A stretch of 64,000 nucleotides of DNA from Phoronis australis (GCA_002633005.1 NMRA01000479.1:193690-257689); one strand, 5' to 3'; counted from the first letter of the stretch, positions 1 through 12,093 are shown. Notes: generated from the letters alone by a model not told the origin. A program made the numbers and translations.

Positions 1-1315
1 AGACTGTTCCCGCCCTCACTCGGCGAAAAAATCGCCTCTCAGTAGGCACTAGCACCTTTCCCCTCGGATGAACGAGGTTTCTGCAGAAACATGATAACTA
101 TGATTTCATTGTCCAGTTAACTGAAATTGAGTTCTAAAACGAGGTTACGTTTTATACGAACGAATTAGGTGTTTTAATTTTAAAATTCAACTTGGTCCAA
201 ATTGATACTTGAAATCTAACACATGATATAGACGTAAGAATTATTACAACCAAGAAAGCAGAATTGATGGTCAAATAATTTTTATTTTCAATTACGAGTC
301 TGGTTTATTATTTTAATAAAAAATATATTTAATAACATCAATTATTCTTTCAGATCAATGACAAATCAACTGTTAGTCCCAGGGAGTGCATAGGATCAGG
401 CTATGCTTGATTTTAATATTCTTGATCAACAAATTAAACCAGATGTGACTAATTGCACATGACAGCCACCACTGTCGAATATGTCTTCCACTCGTCAACA
501 ATACGAGCAGATGACCTGGTTTGTGTAGAAAGTATTTTGATCAACAATTTACAAGAAAAAAGTAACCCTGCATTCAGCATAATACCTAATCCGTAACACT
601 ACGATCGCCGCAATTTGGTCATATTTACTTTTAATGTTTCGAACCCAGTTTTCCGAAAAAAATTAAACCCTTTCGTCAGACAACTCTTTGATGCCTTAAC
701 ATGTTCTCTAATGTAATTTTCTACGTCTGTGTGGTTTAATTGTTGACACATTATTAAAATTCAATATCCAGGTTGGACTCGAAAGACCGGCTATTTAACT
801 CACGCAATGTCTACTTTCGTTTTGTTTATTGCAGTGAGCCTCGCTTTGGATTTTAATGTCTGCCGTGTGAATAGTCTATGGTGAGCATTTTTACTAAAAA
901 AATTGTAGACCAAGACTTTTACAATGCTGTCAATCAAGTGTCAAAATAGCAACAATGCATATACTTTGTATATACATTGCATATTCCTCCCTGCTTTCAA
1001 AAAAGAGCCCCCACTGTGAGCCTTCAGAGGCTTCCTAGTATTCATTACAATGTGCGAGTCCAAACTTGAAAGGTTCCTATTGACAGTGGGCGTCCAAATG
1101 ATGCATTGGGCGTCCTTGCCAGGGCATCCAAATTAGTGCGCCAGGACGTACGCTGCATAAAGGCCTGATTGGTCGTCTATGCTAGGCGACCACTTTGCCG
1201 ACCGCAGCGGCGACTCAGCAGACGGCTCCTAGCCGACCCTTGAGAATTCTCCAAAATCCACTCGGGCTCTAGAATACGGGGGATAATGACTTTGCCATGT
1301 AATAATCTATAGGTA

Positions 1316-1426
1316 ACATATTTGTTTGAGAGTATTCAGTAAAATATAGAAGAACAATATATTTGTCTGAGAATATTCAGTAAAACATAGAAATGGAATA
1401 CATTTGTCTGAGAATATTCAGTAAAA
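1316..1426. repeat. ~41-bp tandem repeat, ~3 copies
   Basis: Unit ATATTTGTCTGAGAATATTCAGTAAAACATAGAA... is repeated three times. Confidence 0.8.
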
Positions 1427-1596
1427 GTATCATTACCTGTTCCAGATCATTAGGCATCTTCTCCCGTTCCTCGGCCATTCTCACAGGTTTATTTCCAAAA
1501 GCAATATTCTTCCAAACCTTTAAAAAACTTTCGGAACAAAGTAATTACTAAAGTCTTATATGAAAAACGAAAGAGTTAGACAAATCCTTCAGATAT

Positions 1597-2010
1597 TCAA
1601 TTCTTTTGTTCCAGTACTTTCTTTCTACTCTGTTCATAATCCAGTTGCTGTTTCATAAACATCCCATTCTTCATAAGGTCCTGAATGTTGCGAAAGTGAG
1701 TGCTACTCTTTTCCATGGATTTCACAGCATTTATGGCATACTCAGTGTCAAAACAACTGCCCTGGATCTCCTGCTGAATTGTATCTACTTCACGTCTCTT
1801 CTCCACCATTAACGGCAAATTTTTCCTTATATGCTCCTGAACGCGAAACAATGCTACTGACGGATCATTAGCAACAAGGTTAAGATTTTCTGAAAATCGG
1901 TCACACGCTTTCTTCGTTTTGAAGTCAAGTTCTACACTGATGGTTTCTTTTTGATAATACCGGCCTGTACTATCTTGCATGGTACTCAAATAATGAATAC
2001 CAGTCTCCAT
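1597..2010 (-). CDS. BORCS8: BLOC-1-related complex subunit 8 (MEF2BNB homolog), single coding exon
   Basis: 137-aa ORF with KTKKACDRFSENLNLVANDPSVALFRVQEHIRKNLP...QGSCFDTEYAINAVKSM, matching the remembered BORCS8 pattern (ANEPSVALYRLQEHVRRSLP...EYACSAVK). There is an in-frame stop just upstream of ATG 2010; the true start could be the Met at 1980. Confidence 0.9.
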   Translation of the reverse strand: METGIHYLSTMQDSTGRYYQKETISVELDFKTKKACDRFSENLNLVANDPSVALFRVQEHIRKNLPLMVEKRREVDTIQQEIQGSCFDTEYAINAVKSMEKSSTHFRNIQDLMKNGMFMKQQLDYEQSRKKVLEQKN

Positions 2011-2121
2011 GTAGTATGAAGCATATGAACACTAGTCTCCATGTAGTATGCAGCATATGAACACCAGTCTCAATGTAGTATGCAGCATATGAACACCAGT
2101 CTCAATGTAGTATGCAGCATG
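1999..2121. repeat. 32-bp tandem repeat (~3.7 copies) overlapping the BORCS8 start codon
   Basis: ACCAGTCTCCATGTAGTATGCAGCATATGAAC units start at 1999, 2031, 2063 and 2095. Confidence 0.9.
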
Positions 2122-2164
2122 ACTCATGTAGAACAACACCAACACATGACGGGGCTCAATAAAG

Positions 2165-2666
2165 CTGCAAAATTCACATATCCAAAATAATTACCATTAA
2201 GCAATATTGATGTTCTTGGAACATGAACTCTAAGTTAAATCCAATCGTATTGCCATACTAGAAATTTATTTGGCCACATGTTAAATGAAAACACTCAAGA
2301 GACAGACGTGGAGAAATTTAATGAAAATGACAAGAATGATGATAATGAGAACTAAGAAACAACAATGCATTGTAGAAAGTAAACCAACAAAATGACTATA
2401 GTCCTGTTCACGCATTAACTTATGACACAACCCAATATCAGAGAATAAAAACCCCACTTAAACCGCCAAATATACCAAGAAACCACTAGGCCACCGTACT
2501 AGCAACCTGCTAGCACGGTACCATTCCCCTATCCAACTTACTCTCCAGACCTAAAGAGACTACCTTGGCCACATAAAGTTTCCAAGAAAAGTAGTTGAAT
2601 GCTCCTAGAAAACCCAAGCAGTTGTATTCCTTCAAGTTACCTAGCTACGCTTCTAAAAGTACTCAC
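2165..2666 (-). other. Putative 5'UTR intron of BORCS8
   Basis: Minus-strand donor CTG|GTGAGT at 2666 and acceptor AATTTTGCAG| at 2165. Inferred from splice consensus only. Confidence 0.45.
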
Positions 2667-2899
2667 CAGTTAAAACAGGATCGTTCTAAAACCCCCTCAA
2701 TCCCCACACCCCATGACCCACTCCACCCACGACCCAGTCTACACAAATTTGACTCGATCTGAACATAGAGCAAGTGCTGACTTGCAGGACCAACGAGTCG
2801 GGTCGTGAGCTCGGCTGGCTTTTCCCTGTTTATTGCAATTAAGAGAGTCTGATCGCAAGTTTGAAAGCCAAAAACAGAAAAAAAAACATCACAACCAAA

Positions 2900-3303
2900 T
2901 CAAATCAAAGACCTATCAATGTTTCAAATGTCATTCCCGGCATAGTGTAATCGCCTCGCCTGCTCTTCAGTGGATGTCAGGTTCAAGCTTTTTTGGGAGA
3001 GTGCGAGAAACCAACGAATATGTATTTTCTTTAGTAAATAGTTTGAGAAAACAAACCGTTAAATAAAACGTTACATGGAGTATGTTGTAAACGAGTATAC
3101 AACAGAAAGCAAATATAATAAAAATGTGTAATTATGTTCATTCATGTTAATGCACTCTCTCCTTAAGTTTAGTAGCACAGGGCCATAATGGTGGCTGCTC
3201 TTGCAACTTCCGTGACGACAGCATGCTCCGAATTCAGATCATGTTCTGATGCAACTTTCTGTTTTAAACCACTAGACTTGAGCCGCAACAGATTCGTGTG
3301 GAG
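2900..3303. promoter_or_regulatory. Candidate bidirectional promoter / plus-strand first exon ending at donor 3303
   Basis: Lies between a minus-strand donor (2666) and a plus-strand consensus donor GAG|GTAAGT (3303/3304); ETS-like ACTTCCG near 3206. Confidence 0.3.
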
Positions 3304-3394
3304 GTAAGTCTTATGGGAATGTCATTCAGCGACGTAATGTGATCATGAAATGTGTAAAAAGCGCAAAGATACATCTATTGCCCCAGGCCATGGG

Positions 3395-3950
3395 TCGAGG
3401 GCCTCTTGTTCGTCAACTACCTTAAGAACCGCTTGGCGGATCATGATGAAATTTGGTATCGAGGTAATCGACGAGGATGCGTCAGCAACAGTTGATTTTC
3501 GGATGGATTTGGTTACCATGGTTCCCCATGTTGGGCGTTTTAGTTTTCGACTAGCCATTCCTTGTGCGTTGATTATCTCAAAAAACACGAAACGGATCTT
3601 GATGACATTTGGCATAGAGAACGACGGCTGGTATGTGCCGGCACAAGTCAATTTTTCAATTTTTGGACAGATTTGGGTACTTTAGCACCCCCCCCCATTG
3701 GCCATTTTAGTTTTTGGCAAGACAGGTTCATTATCTCAAAAAGCACAGGCACAACTGGATGAAATTTTGCATTAAGATAATGGCAAGGATGGATGCGCAG
3801 CCAGATGTTGATTTTCATTGTTTCATTGATTCAACTACCCTCTTGGCCACTTTTTGGCAATATTTGACAAGACAGCTAGTTCTTGTCCGATCATCTAAGT
3901 ACTTCACAGGTCATCATAGAGGCAATTTGTGGCATTTTACATTTCAACCT
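3395..3950 (+). mobile_element. Degenerate HINE-like repeat fragment
   Basis: Recurring motifs GATGAAATTTGG, GATTTTCGGATGGATTT and GGCCATTTT resemble the internal repeats of the HINE family at 30284 onward. Confidence 0.45.
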
Positions 3951-4330
3951 AATTGAAAATTATGGGTCATGGATTGAAGAAATAAAAGAAAAATATGGGC
4001 AGTGGGTAAAAGATGAAAGTGTCTTCCTCCTCCCATACATTTTTTGCTGGAACAGCCCTAAATATGTACATTATGAGTTGTTATCCATAGGTGGTACAAT
4101 AATATGACCACATTCAAACATGGCGTCTCCGCAAGTTAATCGAGTTCAGAAAATTTGCTGATATTGCAACTGCATATTTGAAGTTCATGGGCGGCACATC
4201 ACTGAAAAATTGGGGGTTATAGCTCCCCGGCCCCCCTGTGGTAACCCCCCCCTCCCCCCGGCTCCTAGGCTATGGTGCGCCACCCATGTCTTGAAATGAA
4301 GTTAAGCGAAGTCTTGGTATAAAAACACTG

Positions 4331-4448
4331 CACTGGTCGGATATTGCAGTCCGGGATTTAGAAAACCAGGCAGTCACTAAATAATGGGCCCGTTACTTAG
4401 TGGATGAAACTGGTTCTCTAAATAAATGACCGCTATATCCGACCAGTG
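4331..4448. mobile_element. Small MITE, Tc1/mariner-like
   Basis: 14-bp TIR CACTGGTCGGATAT / ATATCCGACCAGTG; flanks are TG and TA. Confidence 0.6.
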
Positions 4449-5214
4449 TACTCGGGAACCCAATGGTCGTCCGCCTAAGCATAAAACCGACCTGCTGTTG
4501 TACTCACCGAATTATTCCACTTCAAAGTTATGATCTGAATAGGATTCGATTTAACTCTCACAGATATACCGCATTCATCGATTCGGAAGTTTTCTTTAAT
4601 TTGTGCCGAGTTATTTCAAATGTGCACTGCCTTCGGCAGCCATTTTATTGTGACACCTAAGGTCGTCATATGCTGCCCCCTTTTGTAAAAACTGAGAAAC
4701 ATGCAGAAAAAGGCCAACGAAGTAATGAAAATTGCAACAGCCTGTTTTTATTGACATAAACTCGATTTGAAGCTTTGATGTTGAGCTCTGCACTGTGGTT
4801 TCCAATAAAAGCCAATTGGACAACATTTCAATGCAGTTTAATGGTGAATGCGTGAGGCAAAAATGTTAAGAACCCAGCGTATCGCATTTGTCTGCGGATT
4901 TTTCCTTTGGCCTTCTAGATCCTACTAGTGCCTGGGACAAACAGATACATTGCATAAACAAACCCTGGATCATGTTTTGTGTCCCGTCTGAAGAAAATTT
5001 AATTTCGAAAATATCTTCTGAAAATGAACAAAAAAGTGCATTAGTAAAATCGACAAGTTTTTAAGTGGTCTCAAAAAAACAGTCGGTAAATGCACTAATT
5101 TTAGTCTCAGTTCTTCCATGCGTGTTTCTCCCGAGAGGTTAGTACCTAACGTACAGACGAGCACTCCAAATTGGAACGCTAAGTCCCGCGTGGTTGCGCT
5201 GCACGCGAAACAAG

Positions 5215-5248
5215 ATGGCGGACGACCTTTGGAGCCTGACGACAATAG
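5215..5248 (+). CDS. Candidate first coding micro-exon (MADDLWSLTTI-G), possibly of POU6
   Basis: AAGATGGCGG (YY1-like, good Kozak) in a CpG-rich patch, followed by donor G|GTAACC. Phase 1 is compatible with the exon at 34797. No homology support. Confidence 0.25.
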
Positions 5249-7504
5249 GTAACCGGACTATGCCTAAAAACACAGCCCTGTTTTATCTCAACTAAAACCG
5301 ACCCACATGTGAGAATACATAAAGAAAAATCCAGGACCGTCGGGACCCATGTTTGTCACTTTTACCGAGTTCCATGCACATTTGAGAAGAAAATTCTGAG
5401 CAAACAGATTTTTAGTGTCCAACCTTCATGTATTAGTAGTAGTGAGTGACGTCAGTGGTGATCGAGGAACAGAAACTCAAGTCTTACTCAAGCGCCTGTG
5501 ACTGGGTTGGCTGCAAGTGAGGTCAGGGTAAATCCTGGATTTTTTATATTGATGGCTTTGATGCACTAGAACAAATTCGAACTAAGCTTCGTCTGCTATA
5601 TTCATGTGAACACAGCATGCTAGTAATTCTACATGGCACATGGTCCATAAAACGACTGCATAACTCACCAGTCTCTCACAGCACCCTGCTTAATGCACTT
5701 CCGCCATATCAGCCTTATTACATGACCTAATAAAATATATCACTACGTCTGCTGCAAGGAAAAGTAAAAACTTAAATAGATGTCACACATTTATAATTTT
5801 TAGTATAATATTTTGTTCTTTATGATATTCCATTGATATTTAATACAAATATCTTAGTATTAATATTCCATCTTCTTGGTCGGCACATATAGTTCTAGCG
5901 AATTTCTCATTCATGATGACTGTAACAAGTGTGGGATCATTTCGTTTTTAAAAATACAATAACTAGGAAGTGTTTAGTTTATTTTCCTAAAAATGTCAAG
6001 AACAATCTATAAAACTTTTGGTATCGCTATTAATATAACGAAAACTACGCTGGGGATATTTTTTGTTTTAAGTACAACACAACTTCATATCATACAGATT
6101 AAGAAATTTTTCGGGGAATGATCCCTTCATTAAGCCAGAATGAATCTCACCATTTTGTGAAAAATCAGGATTTACTGGGTTGAAAGTCCTCAAACAACAC
6201 CAGAAATTCCTGGTAAGTACACTGTAATCGTCTATGTTTCTTCACAGAAGTTTTATTTGGCTCCTTGGCTGTTTTTGCATCTGAAAGACAGCGATCAACT
6301 ATTTATCATAATTTATTCCAACGTAAAACATGTGTCTAAATAAATCTGCATTCATTGACATTGTTGTCAATTTCTGCTATTCTGTGAAAATAGGCGAGGA
6401 AGGGTTTTTTATAACACAGCACCAAGAAAAATCAAGAGGGGACGTGAGCAGTTTTCAGGAACAGTAACTATGGTATGAATGTCTTATAATCCTGGACTGT
6501 TACCTCAGAATAATTTAGATAGTTATTAATTTCTGAATTAACATATCTAAGAATATTCAGTCTCCACATTGTTCATAATTTATTGAAACAATCAATGCTA
6601 GGTAGCCCCTGTATTATGCATGAATGTTGTGGAATTTGTATTCACATAAGTTAAGCATATCTCTAGTTTTCAGCATCAGTTTGGATGTTGTTTGATGTCG
6701 CACCCAACTGTTTTGATTTTGTGGGCATTTATTTTTAACAGTTTTGAGTTATGTTGAAATCAGGGTACTTGGTCTTTCAAACAGGCATTCCATTGAAGAG
6801 ACTAATTTTTTTATTTAATCCATGCTATGAAATTGGACTCAACCTGTTCATTATCTAGATGAGAAGTGTTTTTTGGTCTTAGTACTGGGTTCACATATTT
6901 TTCATAATTAGGCTACTCAAGAAAATTTTGCCAGGTCCCCAAGCGTGATCCGGGTTGGCTGTCTGATAGTATCTGAACTGTGGAACATAACTGTAGATCA
7001 TACTTGGCGAATAAACACATTGTGACGAATCAAATTGTTTACAACAACTAGCCATTCCCAGCTACATCTACATTTGTATGACAGAGAATGGCAGTTGCCG
7101 AGTTAGGATTTTCAGTTGTGGAGAACACCGCTACATAAAATATGTAGCAAGGCTTGGCAGGCAATACTCACCTAGATTCAAGATTCATCTGCAGTCCATA
7201 TAGTCAGGGGAGGCAGTGTGGCTTTGCAGGGTGTACGTCCGCCTCCTCTGTAGGCAATGACCATCACCTCTGTTGGCCCGACCCGAGGCGATGCAGCTCC
7301 TATAGGCGCTCCATACGCCGGAAGCTTTTCGGCGAATTATGCCTCGCACCTACTAAAACACACGTTGTTATAAATACCTTTTGCGCATAGAGGAACACCT
7401 TAAGAGATTGTCGATGTGTTTACTTCCTTCCAACTCGAACAAATACTCCCGTTATCAAACTTTTTCTTCGAGCAGTCCCTATTTCAGTTCTCAAAATCGT
7501 GTGT

Positions 7505-7733
7505 TCCAGGGTATTTAGTGTCCACCTCCTTTGCAGTCTATAGTGAGAGGAGGCAGTGTGACCCAGTGTGTTGAGTGTCCGCCTCATTTGCTATCCAAAT
7601 TGAGAGGCTGCTTTGTGACCCAGTGTGGTGAGTGTCTGCCACCAATGCTGTCCATAGTGAGAGGAGGCAGTTTGACCCACTTTGTTGAGTGTTCACCTAC
7701 TCTGCAGTCCAAAGTGAGAGGAGGAAGTGTCAC
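7505..7733. repeat. 60-bp tandem repeat, ~4 copies
   Basis: GAGAGGAGGCAGTGTGACCCAGTGTGTTGAGTGTCC... recurs every 60 bp. Confidence 0.8.
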
Positions 7734-7856
7734 TACCAAAGGTTGCTATACCATAGGTGCACATGGGACCTACCAGAGATAGCCATAGTATAGGCGGACA
7801 TGGGGTCTACCAGAGATAGCTATTGTATAGACGCACATCGGCCCTACCAGATGTAC
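7734..7856. repeat. 37-bp minisatellite (left part)
   Basis: TACCAGAGATAGCTATAGTATAGGCGGACATGGGG-like units at 7734, 7771, 7808 and 7845; the same family resumes at ~9290. Confidence 0.75.
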
Positions 7857-7861
7857 TAGTA

Positions 7862-8278
7862 TGCATGCACGGCGTTACCGTTCTTCACTACTGCCATCCA
7901 GTGAAAGACCCTGAAGTGCAAGGCAGTTGCCGACGTGAAAGTTAAATCAGTGCTCTCTAACTGACACATGCCTTCGATTAGCTAAGTGTGCAACGTGAAA
8001 AAGGAGAAAATACTCGTTGAAAAAGCATCCGCGACTTTTCTAGGACTGACTTGCTATATGACTTTCATCAAAGTCGTAATAGATCCAGATTGATAACTCT
8101 TGAGTGCAAATACTTCCTTTTTTTTGGCAGGCCAAACTTTGCAACTTGATGTTTGAAAAAACATCCTGTCGTAGCCGTGAAACGTTGCCCTACTCGCTGA
8201 ATGACGTATTGATACGCAGAAACAATTCACTGCAAATTTCACAAAAAAAATGTGGGACTTATGCTGTTTACTTATTCA
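7862..8278 (+). mobile_element. Fragment of a dispersed DNA-transposon-like repeat
   Basis: Aligns by eye to the reverse complement of ~13945-14340 (e.g. ACGGCGTTACCGTTCTTCAC, CTAACTGACAC, CATCAAAGTCGT, GCAAATTTCACAA). Confidence 0.75.
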
Positions 8279-8279
8279 G

Positions 8280-8826
8280 GGAGGGAGCGCGTGCGTGTCA
8301 TCAGAGTTCCTTTGCCAGAGTAGCAGGCCCACATATATGTAGGCCCTGGCGCGCGCTTCTTGGCTTATTACCACTGATCAAGTTTCGATTCGTGGGTTTT
8401 ATGTGTACTAAGTAATCTGGTTTCCTGTTGAGGGAGAAGATCTGTACAGGAAAGATACAATACAATTTCGTTGACAAGTATGCTGCATCTGTTCTGAAAG
8501 GACTGACCATAGTGGGACACGTTCCTTGCAAGATCAGCAAAACTTTTGCGTTATTCTTGAAACACTGTGGAAGTTTGAAGTGTACAGCCACGGCTAATTA
8601 CCGACATAGCGGCAAGGGTCGTGGTTGAGAAATTCCACACACAATGATTTTTTAGGACTTTCGGATATTATTGATAAATTGAAGATATTACTATAGAATT
8701 TTACAACTGTAGGTTAGTCATTTTTTGTATATGTACAGGTTCATGGACTGGGTGCTTATTTTAGCAAAGTCTGAAAACGAGTGGGGGCGCGCTTATAGGG
8801 ACATGGGCGCTTATTAGGACGAATAT
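8280..8826 (+). mobile_element. Truncated TcMar-like element with decayed HIRAN-like gene
   Basis: Translation SIRGFYVY*VIWFPVEGEDL..DKYAASVLKGLTIVGHVPCKISKTFALFLKHCGSLKCTATANYRHSGKGRG*EIP; ends in the TIR GGGCGCTTATTAGGACGAATA; homologous to 53880-55341. Confidence 0.75.
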
Positions 8827-9289
8827 TATTATTTATAAAATAATTTAGCTAAAATGACATTGTACATTACAATAAGAAGTCAGTTCCAAGAAATGTGGTA
8901 TTTCACTTGCTGTGAGCACATGGACCAGTCTTCCGCCTTCCCCCCCTCTTCTTCGTTTCGGACTAGTCCACAAGTTCCTTTGTGCACGACCACATACTGT
9001 CATCTTTTGTCTAGATGAATCGCGTAATGGGTGGCATCTACTGAATCGGTAGGATCGCACTTCGCTGGTGTTTGTTGCTGCCGGAGCATCGAGATGCTGA
9101 CCAAACTGAACCTTAAATTCATGTTAAAAACAGCACTGGGCGAAAATTTATTCATGTTCATCTGGGAAATGTTGTAGTGCTTTTGCATTCTGAAAATTTG
9201 CTCGCCACCTGGGCGACCAGCAAGTCAACTTCTACTCACCCAGCACCATTTTTACTCGCATTGGCGATAGGGCGAGTGGCTACGTGTAG

Positions 9290-9700
9290 GTACACATTTG
9301 TCCTGCTACAGGTAGCTGCGGTATAGGTGGATATGAGTTCTACCGGATGTACTCAGTAATATATAAGGTGGATATGGGGCCTACCAGAGGCAGCTATGGT
9401 ATAAGTGGATATGAGTTCTACCGTATGTAGCAGTAGAAGGTGAATATGGGGCCTACCAGAGGCAGCTATGGTATAAGTGGATATGAGTTCTACCGGATGT
9501 AGCAGTAATATATAAGGCGGATATGGAACCTACCAGAAACAGCTATAGTATAAGTGGATATGAGTTCTACCGTATGTAGCAGTAGAAGGTGAATATGGGG
9601 CCTACCAGAGGCTGCTATGGTATAAGTGGATATGAGTTCTACCGGATGTGTAGCAGTAATATATAAGGTAGATATGGAGCCTACCAGAGGCAGCTGTAGC
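9290..9700. repeat. 35-39-bp minisatellite (right part)
   Basis: Alternating TACCAGAGGCAGCTATGGTATAAGTGGATATGAGTTC and TACCGTATGTAGCAGTAGAAGGTGAATATGGGGCC units. Confidence 0.85.
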
Positions 9701-9734
9701 AGTACCTTGATCAAAGTTAAAGTTCACGCATATA

Positions 9735-11115
9735 CCGTAAACTCGTGGGTTAACGCCCTCGGCACTTAAATTGAGAAACCCTGAGACATGGCAGGCAATT
9801 ACCCAAGCAGTGGACGCTTAAACCACAAATTTGCAAAAGTTGGGGGTGGGTAATTATCCAAGCAGTGGCCGCTTTCGTTCAAATTTTAGCCGAAGTGGGC
9901 AAGCGCGTAGGCTGTTCATTCGAGCTCGTAAGTTCAGTTGGTCAGCGGAACCCGACAGCCACAAAGTTTCTCACGGCTCAAACAGAAACGGGATTTCGAC
10001 TTTGAAACTGTGATTTCGCGAAACCTGACTAAAAACTAACTCGGATGCTTTCAAATATACTAGCGTGCTGCAAAGTGTCATACCGTGGATTTTTATGAAA
10101 CTCCAGTGGCAGTCCACTTACCGTGTCAACAAGTACAGTTTCAGGTCTGTGAATGTGACTACATTTCATTTCCTCAAAACACGAACGATTCGCTCCTGAC
10201 CTTAAACGTGACCTAGTCTACCAATAACTTTTTACATTTGCGACGTGTTGTGAGTCCATCCGACGGCATTAGACTACTCGCGATAAAACTTAACTAAGTT
10301 GAGCTGTCTAAAACATGCAAATGTGGACTCAAGCGCTTCATTTGTCATGTTAAATATGCACGTGATATGTTTGGGGCTTGACAATGACAGGTTTTCCTTT
10401 CAAGGAGTAAAAGCTGTAGACAACACTGCAAAGAACAACTTTGTGATCTGTTTATAAATCAAAATACATCACCTGTCATACCTTGTCACCTCGCTAAATG
10501 TTGCGAGTGTAAAAATTTATTGAGAGACTGTGACGTGTTAGCTTCCCAGCCTGACCCAGACTTCGCAATTGCAACGAGAGGAGAGTGGTTAATGTCTCAA
10601 TTCAAATCTGGGTCAACCTAGGATATATCTGGCAAAATCATGTGCTCTGTGCGTGGAACTTGTACACGTGAATAACTTCACAGTCCGATTCAGGTCATTA
10701 CTGAACGATGGCTAATCCCATAGTAGAAAAGCACCAGTTTTGTAAAAATCTATGGAGTTGGCATATATTAATTTAACTAAACAGCAGTTAATAAGTTTAA
10801 GAAAAGGTAAGTTGCAGAGGCTAAAGTTATTCCACAAATGCTGGCTAAAAAACGCACTTCTCAAGATTATCGTACATAACCAGGTCGTATTTCCCGCACA
10901 CACGGAAGTCCAAGCCCGAGGCAAAGCTGCGAACAAAAGTACAAGTTCAAACTCAAGTTCTGATAACGGTAAGTTGGGGATGGGCAATTACCCGAGAAGT
11001 TGAAATTGGCGCAGAGAGATGGGTGATTATCCAACAGTGGGTGCTTGTAACAAAATTTGGCATAAGTCAGGTTGGGCGATTACCCGGGCATGGGCGTTAA
11101 CCCGTAAGTTTACGG
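9735..11115. mobile_element. Non-autonomous Tc1/mariner-like element (CCGTA termini)
   Basis: TIR CCGTAAAC..GGGTTAACGCCC at both ends, TA on both flanks, subterminal repeats. Confidence 0.85.
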
Positions 11116-11476
11116 TATTATCACTTGTATAAGTTGTCGCTTGCAGCATGGTCTTGAGGATGGTTGTAAAACCAAACAAATACTTTAAATCAAGTTAAAG
11201 GTTTTTAATATGAGCTTAGCATCAGTGTTTTGAGAAACGTTAGTAGCCTTTGTAAAATTAAAAAAATGTGCCATATGTGATTCTCCAATATGTGCACCGA
11301 GATTCCAAATTTCCTTCTATTGCAATGAGATCGGCATACTTGGATACCTGCATAACCCCTTACATCAGGTTGTGTGCACTTGACCAATGCAAATTTTCAA
11401 CCAGTGTGGGGTGATGTAGCCATATTACTCGTACCCCAAGTGTCACTCACTCTGCTTCTGTGGTATATTACCCGAG

Positions 11477-11830
11477 TACCACAACGTGGGGTTGAATGCA
11501 TAGTTCTTGGTGTACTCCCAAATATCGCACCTTACCCTAATTCTGTGGTATATTTAATACCACAATGCGGGGTTGGATGCATAGTTCTTGGTGTACTCCA
11601 AAAATCGTGTTACCCTAATTGTATGTTATATTTTAATACCACAATGTGGGGTTGGATGCATAGCTCTTGGTGTACTCCCAAAAATCGCGTTACCCTAATT
11701 GTGTGTTATATTTTAATACCACAATGTAGGGTTGGATTCACAGTTCTTGGTGTACTCCCAAATATCGCACCTTACCCTAATTCTATGGTATATTTTAATA
11801 CCACAATGTAGGGTTGGATGCATAGTTCTT
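11477..11830. repeat. ~80-bp tandem repeat, ~4.5 copies
   Basis: TACCACAATGTGGGGTTGGATGCATAGTTCTTGGTGTACTCCCAAA...TACCCTAATT units. Confidence 0.9.
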
Positions 11831-12093
11831 CAGTGTTTCCCTTGGGTTTTGAAAGGAGCGTGGTGGTAAATGGCCAAAACGGGGTGCAAAGCCCATTGCC
11901 ACCTACCAATATGAGAAGTGGGATACCCCTATTGTTTGGGTTTCGAAAGGAGCATCCTTGTGGTGAATGCTCGTCGCGGATGTGGAGCCTGGCGCCACAT
12001 GCGAGCATGGGATGAAGTGAGATCCTCCCATGGGGGGTTGGGAGAAAATTAGATATTACATGTAATTGGGTGCAGTTTGCTCATCATATACAA

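Noticed and set aside
4186-4288. Tiny element with CATGGG(C/T)GGC inverted ends and poly-C tract
   Set aside because: No convincing TSD; too short to classify.
11374-11811. 145-aa hydrophobic ORF
   Set aside because: Derived from the ~80-bp tandem repeat.
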